From Pirellulaceae bacterium (GTDB taxonomy: Bacteria > Planctomycetota > Planctomycetia > Pirellulales > Pirellulaceae), in the NCBI GenBank assembly GCA_041399105.1, contig JAWKTL010000022.1, forward strand, positions 27,597-91,596: a stretch of 64,000 nucleotides of DNA, in the 5' to 3' direction. The notes beneath the pieces were generated by a model. It saw only the letters and a list, made by a program, of their open reading frames with translations, ran no database searches and was not told where the DNA came from. This document shows, piece after piece, positions 56,576 through 64,000 of the stretch (position 1 is the stretch's first letter; the number at the start of each line of letters is the position of its first letter). Both the position numbers and the translations under genes were made by a program.

Positions 56576-56710
56576 ATAACTGATGTAAAATCGTTCTCTT
56601 AGACAATATTCCACATCCCTCGTCTTGCTTACTTGCGTCGACGGGTTGTCCGTAACATCATAGATCAGCTCTAGTCTATCGGCTCTGCTTGTCACTTGAT
56701 GGAGATATTC

Positions 56711-58078
56711 ATGAATAAGATCCTTTGGAGGAAGCGACTCTCTCGCCGCGCGGTGCTGCGGGGGACGGGGGTCGCGTTGACGTTGCCTTGGCTCGATGCC
56801 ATGGTTCCGGCGTTGGCGACGAAAGCGGAAGCCGCCGAAACACTGGCGCAGCCAAAACGTTTTGTTGCCGTGAACTATGGTCTAGGCTTTCACGGACCCA
56901 ACTTGTTTCCGCAAGAGGCTGGAACAGATTACAAACTGACGCCGTATCTGGAGTTGATCCAAGAGCATCGCGATCAATTTACCTTGATCTCCGGGCTTTC
57001 GCACACCGAACAGAACGGCGCGAATGGTCATACGTCCGAGTTCACGATTCTGACGGCGGTCAAGCATCCAGGCTTGCCGGGTTTTAAAAATGGAATCTCC
57101 ATCGATCAGTACCTCGCTGAAAAGTTGCAACCCGAAACGCGGTTTCCATCGCTGGTCCTGAACACGGGTGGGCGAGGTGATTCAATTTCTTGGTCGTCGA
57201 CAGGGGTCAATTTGCCTTCGGCCGGGACACCGGAAGATCTGTTCAAAATGATGTTCGTGGTTGGAACGCCGCAGGAGGTCCAGAAGCAGACGGCGGAGTT
57301 GAAACGAGGACGCAGCATTCTTGATACGGTTAACGAGCGTGCGAAGAAGCTGCGGGGACAACTCGGTTCCCGCGATCAGGAAAAGTTCGAGCAATACGTT
57401 ACAAGCGTCCGTGAGTTGGAGAAGCGTTTGCAATCGTCGCAAGCATGGGCTTTGAAAGACAAGCCTCGCGTCGATGTGCCGCCGCCGACGAACGTCACGG
57501 ATCGACTTGATTTCGTAGCTCAAAGTCGCGTGATGCATCAAATGATCGCGTTGGCGTTGCAATCCGATTCGACGCGCATCATCACATTGAAGGCAACGGC
57601 GATGAATGATGTGCCCAAGCTGCCTGGAGTCGATACCGGTTGGCATGACCTGAGTCATCACGGACAAGACGAGCAGAAGATCGACGAGTTAAAACTGATC
57701 GAGAGTGCTGAGTTTCGTGAGATCAACGATCTGCTGTCGCAGTTGCGAGGGGCCAGCGAAGCGGATGGAAGCGTTCTGGACTCGACGAATTTGATGGTCT
57801 TGAGCAATCTTGGCAACGCCAGCAGCCATAGCTGGCGAGATTTGCCGGTGCTGTTGGCTGGCGGCGGATTCAAACACGGACGGCATCTCGTTGCCGGTGG
57901 CGTCGGCAACGATAACGCTCGCTTGTGCAATCTCTTCGTTCAAATTGCACAACGCATGGGAGTTCAAACCGATCGATTCGGTGACAGCGACGGAACTCGT
58001 ATCGAGAGCATCGCCACGAATCAGTCAAAACGATTACCTTTTGAATTGGCGGCTTCATCGAAAGAGGCGTTGGGATGA
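56711..58078 (+). CDS. DUF1552 protein
   Basis: LSRRAVLRG.GV.LTLPWLDAM, SIDQ, SILD, HDLSHHG, H...DLPVLLAGG. Confidence 0.92.
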   Translation: MNKILWRKRLSRRAVLRGTGVALTLPWLDAMVPALATKAEAAETLAQPKRFVAVNYGLGFHGPNLFPQEAGTDYKLTPYLELIQEHRDQFTLISGLSHTEQNGANGHTSEFTILTAVKHPGLPGFKNGISIDQYLAEKLQPETRFPSLVLNTGGRGDSISWSSTGVNLPSAGTPEDLFKMMFVVGTPQEVQKQTAELKRGRSILDTVNERAKKLRGQLGSRDQEKFEQYVTSVRELEKRLQSSQAWALKDKPRVDVPPPTNVTDRLDFVAQSRVMHQMIALALQSDSTRIITLKATAMNDVPKLPGVDTGWHDLSHHGQDEQKIDELKLIESAEFREINDLLSQLRGASEADGSVLDSTNLMVLSNLGNASSHSWRDLPVLLAGGGFKHGRHLVAGGVGNDNARLCNLFVQIAQRMGVQTDRFGDSDGTRIESIATNQSKRLPFELAASSKEALG

Positions 58079-60528
58079 ACATGAAGCGTAGCGGGAGAAT
58101 GAATTTACGAAATTGCGATCCATGTTCCATTGTGGCGGACGTTGTCCGGTACATCTTGCTTGGCTGTTGTTTAACATCCGCGCCCCTTGTTGCTGTTGCA
58201 TCTGAGGTCACTCCCTTTCTGGAACAGCACTGCTTCGATTGCCACAATGACTCCACGAAGGAAGGCGGCCTGGACTTGACGTCGATCAACATTCAGAGTG
58301 ACGGCCTTTCCGATGTGGGGTTGCTGGCGAAATGGGTGCGAATCTACGATCGCGTGCGGACGGGTGAAATGCCTCCCGCATCGACCGAAAGACCTCCAGC
58401 CTCTGAGTTGTCCTCATTTTTGCGACAAACTGCGGAGACGCTCAATGCAGCGCACCTCAAGCAGAAAGGGACCGTGCTGCGTCGGTTGAATCGTCACGAG
58501 TATGAACGAACGCTCAATGCGCTGCTCGGAACGAACGTTCAGGTTGCTGACTTGCTTCCCGACGATGGGCGTGCTCATGGATTCGACACCATTGGCGAAG
58601 CACTCGATCTCTCGCCCGTTCAGATTCAGCGATACATGGAAGCTGCCGGAATCGCGTTGGACGCCTGTGTCAACTTCGGTCCGGCTCCCGAAAGCAGCCT
58701 TCAATCGCTGACCTTTGACACTGGACGCAATGAACGCAATATCGGAAAGTCGTGGATCAAGCGTTCCGATGGCGCGGTCGCGGTGGTGACGGAGTGTTGT
58801 TCAGCGGTGAAGGTTTATGAATTGCAGATCCGTCACTCCGCGAATTATCGCGTGAAGCTTCATGTATCGGCGCATCAGTCGGACGAACCGATTGTCTACC
58901 GCGTCCACGCGGGGCGCGACTTCTTTGATTCGATGCCGTTGCTGAATGTCTACGAGGCTCAGCCCGGCGACGCGCAAATCAACGAGTTCCTCGTTCCCCT
59001 GCGTCCACAGGAAACCATCCGCTTGTGGCCCGAACTGCCAAAGTATTGGCTGAAGGATACGGAGATTCCCAAATACACGGGTCCCGGCATCGCGCTGCAT
59101 AAACTGGAAGTCGAAGGGCCTCTGTATGCCGAATGGCCTTCGCGCGGTCACAAGCTGCGATTTGGCGACATCCCGGCGGAGGATACCGGCCCCAAGCATC
59201 AACGCGATAAATCTTGGTATCGGCCAGCTTACCGATTGGTCAGCAGCACGCCGGAAGAAGACCTGCGGCGGGTTCTCCTCCCGTTCTTGGAAGCTGCGTT
59301 TCGGCGTCCGGCGACCGATGAGATTGCCGAACCATTCATCGCGATCGGCATCGCGGAACTTGCGGACGGCGTGCGTCTGGATGATGCGCTCCGTACGGCG
59401 CAGATCGCAGCCCTTTGCTCGATTGACTTTCTCTATTTGCTCGAACCCGAAGGAACACTTGATGGCTTTGCACTCGCGTCACGCTTGAGCTACATGCTCT
59501 GGGGCCTCCCGCCCGACACCGAGTTGCTTTCGCTTGCCGCAAACCAGCAGCTCACGCAATCGGAAACACTGCGTGCTCAGACCGAGCGACTGCTGTCTGA
59601 TCCGCGAGCCGACTACTTTTCGCGGAATTTTACCGATCAATGGCTGAACCTTCGCGAGATTGATTTCACGACTCCCGACAAACAGCTATATCCCGAGTAT
59701 GACACGTTGCTCCGCCATTCGATGTTGCAAGAGACGCGATTGTTCTTTGATGAGATGCTGCAAAACAATCGTCCGGTCACCGAGTTTCTCGATTCGAATT
59801 GGACATACTTGAACGAGCCGCTGGCAAAGCACTATCGCATTGACGGAGTCGACGGCGTTGCCATGCGACGCGTATCGCTCAGACCGGAGCATCACCGTGG
59901 AGGAATTCTTACGCACGCGGCGGTGCTCAAGGTTTCGGCCAACGGCACGACCACATCGCCCGTCATGCGGGGAGCTTTCGTGCTCGATCGAATCCTCGGT
60001 GTCGAACCGCCGCCACCGCCGCCGGGGGTTCCTGGAGTCGAACCAGATATTCGCGGTGCGACGACCCTTCGGGAACAGCTTGAAAAACATCGCAGCTTGG
60101 AAAGCTGTAACGCCTGCCACCGCGTGCTCGATCCGCCTGGTTTCGCGTTGGAAAATTACGATGTCATGGGGGGCTGGCGAGAGAATTATCGAAGCTTGGG
60201 CAAATCGTTCCCGAAACCATCGGACGAATTGACGGGAGGAAGCAACGTCAGTTGGCGTGTCGGCCCTCCGGTCGATGCATCGGGTGAAACGGCGGCCGGG
60301 AAACCGTTTAACAACCTCGATGACTACAAGCAGATTTTGCTTTCTCAGCCGCAGAACTTCGTGCGTGCATTAGCGACCAAACTGGCCACCTACGGCTCGG
60401 GACGTGGCATGGGATTCTCCGATCGACCGGAACTCAATCGGATTGTCCAGCGAGTCAGTCAGCGAACTGGCGGGCTGCGCGATCTTGTGCATGAAGTTGT
60501 TCAGAGCGATTTGTTCCGTTCCAAGTAA
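58075..60528 (+). CDS. DUF1592/1588/1585/1587/1595 cytochrome c-containing protein
   Basis: CFDCH, LRRLNRHEY, LASRLSY.LW..PPD, TSPVMRG, CNACH, GFALENYD. Confidence 0.92.
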   Translation: MNMKRSGRMNLRNCDPCSIVADVVRYILLGCCLTSAPLVAVASEVTPFLEQHCFDCHNDSTKEGGLDLTSINIQSDGLSDVGLLAKWVRIYDRVRTGEMPPASTERPPASELSSFLRQTAETLNAAHLKQKGTVLRRLNRHEYERTLNALLGTNVQVADLLPDDGRAHGFDTIGEALDLSPVQIQRYMEAAGIALDACVNFGPAPESSLQSLTFDTGRNERNIGKSWIKRSDGAVAVVTECCSAVKVYELQIRHSANYRVKLHVSAHQSDEPIVYRVHAGRDFFDSMPLLNVYEAQPGDAQINEFLVPLRPQETIRLWPELPKYWLKDTEIPKYTGPGIALHKLEVEGPLYAEWPSRGHKLRFGDIPAEDTGPKHQRDKSWYRPAYRLVSSTPEEDLRRVLLPFLEAAFRRPATDEIAEPFIAIGIAELADGVRLDDALRTAQIAALCSIDFLYLLEPEGTLDGFALASRLSYMLWGLPPDTELLSLAANQQLTQSETLRAQTERLLSDPRADYFSRNFTDQWLNLREIDFTTPDKQLYPEYDTLLRHSMLQETRLFFDEMLQNNRPVTEFLDSNWTYLNEPLAKHYRIDGVDGVAMRRVSLRPEHHRGGILTHAAVLKVSANGTTTSPVMRGAFVLDRILGVEPPPPPPGVPGVEPDIRGATTLREQLEKHRSLESCNACHRVLDPPGFALENYDVMGGWRENYRSLGKSFPKPSDELTGGSNVSWRVGPPVDASGETAAGKPFNNLDDYKQILLSQPQNFVRALATKLATYGSGRGMGFSDRPELNRIVQRVSQRTGGLRDLVHEVVQSDLFRSK

Positions 60529-60559
60529 GAACCTTCTCACCGTGATAGGCGGAATCACC

Positions 60560-61648
60560 ATGTCACCTTCCAGCTCGGACCGTTCGGTCAATCGACGCAC
60601 CGCAATAAGCGCAATCTTCGGCGCGGCTGCTGGTTTGTCACAGGCGAGCCGTAGCGTTGCGGAATCTCCCGCGCGTCGAGGTCGTTTGGGACTGGTGATG
60701 TACGATTGTGGCCTGCGCCGCAAACACATGAAGCAGCTCGATCCGGCGATCGACCTGTTCGAGCCATTGACATTCCTGAAGCACTGTCACCTTGTTGGTG
60801 CCGGAGGAATGCAGGTCTCGCTCGGCGTACTCGACGGCGCGACGGTAAAGTCACTTCGCGATTACGCCGATGCGCATGAGCTGTTCATCGAAGGAATTGT
60901 TCAGCCGCCCAAGGACGATGGCGATGCAAACCGCTTTGAAGCGGAGATACAGTCGGCGGCTCAAGTCGGCGCGTTGGCGGTTCGTACGGTGGTGATGCCG
61001 GGACGAAGGTACGAGCAGTTCAATTCGTTAGCGCAAGTCCGCGAAGCCGAACTGCGGGCTCGTCGGATGTTGGAACGGGCGGCTCCCATCGTTACGAAGC
61101 ATCGTGTCCGCTTGGCGGTCGAGAATCACAAGGACCAGCGAATCGAGGATCGAGTCGCACTCTACGAACATCTGGCTTGCGAATACATTGGTGCGACTGT
61201 TGATACCGGCAATAGCTTTGCCCTGCTGGACGATCCCTATGAAGCGATCGAAGCCTTGTCGCCTTACGCATTTGCTGTCCACCTTAAAGATCAAGCGTTG
61301 CGAGAGTACGAAGAGGGCTTTCTGTTGGGTGACATTCCGTTGGGACAGGGGAGTTTTGATATCCCGCGCGTTGTTGCGATCCTTCAGCGAGCCAAGCCTG
61401 ATATTCGCATTGCGCTTGAGGTGATTACACGCGATGCGTTGCGAGTCCCCTGCTTGAGCGAACGATATTGGGCGACGATGCCCAAGGTCTCGGGAGCCGA
61501 TCTGGCGCGCAGTTTGAGATTCGTTCGCGAGAATACGAGCAACCGTGTTCAGTCGGTCAGTACGTTGACAATCGACGAGCAAGTGAAACTGGAAGACGCC
61601 AACATCGCCGCCAGCCTTGCGTTTGCCAGCGAGCATCTCACGCTTTGA
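60560..61648 (+). CDS. Sugar-phosphate isomerase/epimerase (TIM barrel), Tat-like signal
   Basis: NRRTAI; LAVENHKD, DTGN, HLKD, PLGQG, LEVIT. Confidence 0.88.
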   Translation: MSPSSSDRSVNRRTAISAIFGAAAGLSQASRSVAESPARRGRLGLVMYDCGLRRKHMKQLDPAIDLFEPLTFLKHCHLVGAGGMQVSLGVLDGATVKSLRDYADAHELFIEGIVQPPKDDGDANRFEAEIQSAAQVGALAVRTVVMPGRRYEQFNSLAQVREAELRARRMLERAAPIVTKHRVRLAVENHKDQRIEDRVALYEHLACEYIGATVDTGNSFALLDDPYEAIEALSPYAFAVHLKDQALREYEEGFLLGDIPLGQGSFDIPRVVAILQRAKPDIRIALEVITRDALRVPCLSERYWATMPKVSGADLARSLRFVRENTSNRVQSVSTLTIDEQVKLEDANIAASLAFASEHLTL

Positions 61649-61667
61649 TCATCTCTGGAGACTCACG

Positions 61668-63055
61668 ATGGACGCTTTTCCTTTGAACGCCTCTCGACGT
61701 TGTTTCATCAAATCATCGCTGGCCACCGCCGCCGGACTTTCGCAGGTGTTTCAGCCTTCAACAGCGCTTGCGGCAAACGAGCGTCTGCGTGTGGGAGTTG
61801 TTGGTACCGGAGTACGCGGGAAGTATTTGATCGGCAATCTGCCACCATCGGTGAAAGTAACGGCGATTTGCGATTGTTCCCAACTGCGTTTGGATAGCAC
61901 TCTGCGTCCCAGCGGTCCTTTTAGAAACGTGCTGGAGCATTTCCTCGCGACGGACGCAGCGACGGTAGCGACATTTCACGACTATCGACGGATGTTCGAT
62001 CAGCATGAGCTTGATGCGGTGGTGATTGCGACTCCCGATCACCATCACACGTTGGCCGCCATGCTCGCACTGCAAGCCGGGCTGGATGTCTATCTTGAAA
62101 AGCCGCTTACGGTATGTATCCGCGAAGGACGGTTGCTTGCCGATGCAGTCAAGCGATCCGGGCGAATTCTTCAAGTCGGCAGCCAGCAACGAACCATGGA
62201 AATGAACCGGTTCGCTTGCGAATTCATTCGAGACGGCGGGCTTGGCAAGATCACGAAAGTGGAATTGCCCAATTATCCTGGTCCGCTCCCCGTTGCTCAA
62301 TACGATCAGGAGGACGCTGTCGGCGGAATCGACTTCGATTTGTTCTGCGGTCCGGCTCGCCTGCGTCCTCATCATCGTCGCCTGTGGATGAAAGAAGATT
62401 TCAAAGTGGACGATTTGCTGTGGCGCGGTTGGGATTTATTCCGCGATTACTCCGGCCATTTAATGACCAACTGGGGCGCGATTCGATTGACATGGTGCAG
62501 TTTGCGCTGAATCGTGACGACAGTGGACCGGTTGAGATTCAAGTGCTCGAACCTGATTCGGTTCGCGAGCGATGGCTGCCATGGAAAGCCAAGACTCCGC
62601 CGCCCGTTGGCGATTCGTCGGATCGTCGTTTCTGGCCAGTCGTAATGAGATACGCCGACGGCATCGAGCTTCACTTCGCGGGCGATCCTGACTTCATCAT
62701 CTTTCACGGCGCGAAGGGGCGGATGCGAATGCGTCGGAATTATTTTGACACCGATCCTTCGAATCTTGTGGCTCAAGGCCCCGATGCAAGCGTGATCGAT
62801 AAGTGGCGGGGAAGCGGGCATGTCGCGCGACCCCATTTGGAAAACTGGATCGATTGCATCGCATCACGATCAATACCAAACGCACCGGTTGAGGCGGGGC
62901 ATCGTACCGCCAGCATTTGTCACTTGGCGAACATCGCGCGGGAACAGAATCTTTCGCTACGCTGGAATCCGCAAACCGAGCAGTTTGTCGACAACGATCG
63001 CGCCAATGAAGCTCTCGATCGTCCGCGTCGTAAAGGTTTTGAATTACCAGGTTGA
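61668..63055 (+). CDS. Gfo/Idh/MocA oxidoreductase (frameshift near 62480)
   Basis: VGVVGTGVRG, IATPDHHH, YLEKP, QVGSQQR, HLENWIDCI, CHLANIA. Confidence 0.9.
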
Positions 63056-63148
63056 GTTTCCGGCTGTCGTTGACATGCGCGTCTTGCAGGTCGACAATGA
63101 CTTGCGCAGGGTAAGACAGTTGACGTTCCCAACCTGGTGAGATCGCAC

Positions 63149-64000
63149 ATGGCTCGAATCGCATTCATTAGCCCCCGTTTCGATGTATCGTACTGGGGCT
63201 TGCAACACGCATTGCCCTATTTTGGAAAACGGGCCAATTTGCCCGTCGCTTGTTTGCCCCTGTTGGCGGCGCTCACACCTGACGAGCACGAAGTGGTATT
63301 GTTCGACGAGAACGTCGAAGAACTTGACTTCGATCTGCTGGCGACGTTTGATATCGTTGGCGTTACGGGGATGATCGTACAGCGATTTCGAATGCGCGAA
63401 ATCCTGACGGAACTGAAGCATCGCGATGCTTTCGCGGTCGTTGGCGGACCGTGGATCACCGTCAACGAAACGTACTTCGGTGATCTTCCCGATGTTATTT
63501 TTGTTGGTGAGGCGGAAGAGACATGGCCGCAATTCTTGCTCGAATGGAAAGACGGTCGACACGGCCGGCGGTACGAACAGCAGCACCCGACCGATATGAC
63601 CAAAGTTCCGACGCCGAGAAACGACTTGATTGCGTCGGAGAAATATATGTTTGGCAGTTTGCAATTCTCACGCGGCTGCCCGTTTCAGTGTGAATTCTGC
63701 GACATCATCGTCATCTTCGGTCGACGACCAAGATTAAAGACGTCGCGTCAATTGATCACCGAATTGGAATCGCACGTTGCCGAAGGAATGGATACGGTCT
63801 TTGTGGTCGACGACAACTTGATTGGCAACAAAAAAGCGATCAAGTCCGTTTTACGCGATGTCGCCGATTGGCAGCGTCGACGGGGTTACCCGCTGACTTT
63901 CTTCACCGAAGCTTCGCTCGATCTAGCCGACGACGCGGAGTTGATGCAATTGATGGTCGAAGCGAACTTCGTCAGCGTCTTCATTGGCATTGAAAGTCCG
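63149..64000 (+). CDS. B12-binding radical SAM protein, 3'-truncated by window
   Basis: Read by hand (absent from the ORF track because it has no stop): MARIAFISPRF, DENVE, VVGGP, GEAE, SRGCPFQCEFC, VDDNLIGN, TEAS. Confidence 0.92.
   Translation, partial: MARIAFISPRFDVSYWGLQHALPYFGKRANLPVACLPLLAALTPDEHEVVLFDENVEELDFDLLATFDIVGVTGMIVQRFRMREILTELKHRDAFAVVGGPWITVNETYFGDLPDVIFVGEAEETWPQFLLEWKDGRHGRRYEQQHPTDMTKVPTPRNDLIASEKYMFGSLQFSRGCPFQCEFCDIIVIFGRRPRLKTSRQLITELESHVAEGMDTVFVVDDNLIGNKKAIKSVLRDVADWQRRRGYPLTFFTEASLDLADDAELMQLMVEANFVSVFIGIESP

Noticed and set aside
56284-56606. Small ORFs sharing peptides (also 9402-10037 and 40745-40948) as a protein family
   Set aside because: The shared sequence is only MITE A read in open frames; there is no independent coding signal.

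Overview
64-kb window of a GC-rich planctomycete chromosome, probably Pirellulaceae-like (DUF1559, DUF1549/DUF1553, DUF1501, DUF1552/DUF1592, BBP7 and an ECF sigma/Ser-Thr kinase pair). All family calls are by motif recognition, not database search. Many genes, including hemL and mutY, are split by small indels, most simply explained by long-read consensus errors, so I report them as joined loci. Core content: alpha-2-macroglobulin, a giant coiled-coil membrane protein, feoAB with a Trx/PDZ protein, mutY, hemL, transporters and planctomycete-specific clusters. An accessory zone (~18.1-37.4 kb) holds IS3/IS110/IS1634/IS1380 scars, two decayed RAYT (REP-associated tyrosine transposase) copies, an AT-rich secreted-protein cluster, a multidomain PQQ/heme protein and an ECF-STK module. 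The most striking non-gene signal is a set of miniature repeats. A 73-bp TA-flanked MITE (net +75 bp = 25 codons) has 9 full copies: one lies in frame inside a protein gene, two form a tandem, and one is nested in a second 63-bp element whose empty form is also present. There is also a structured orphan IS110 3' non-coding end (candidate bridge/seek RNA) and a FeoB with an internal Cys4 motif. No CRISPR, rRNA or tRNA was seen.
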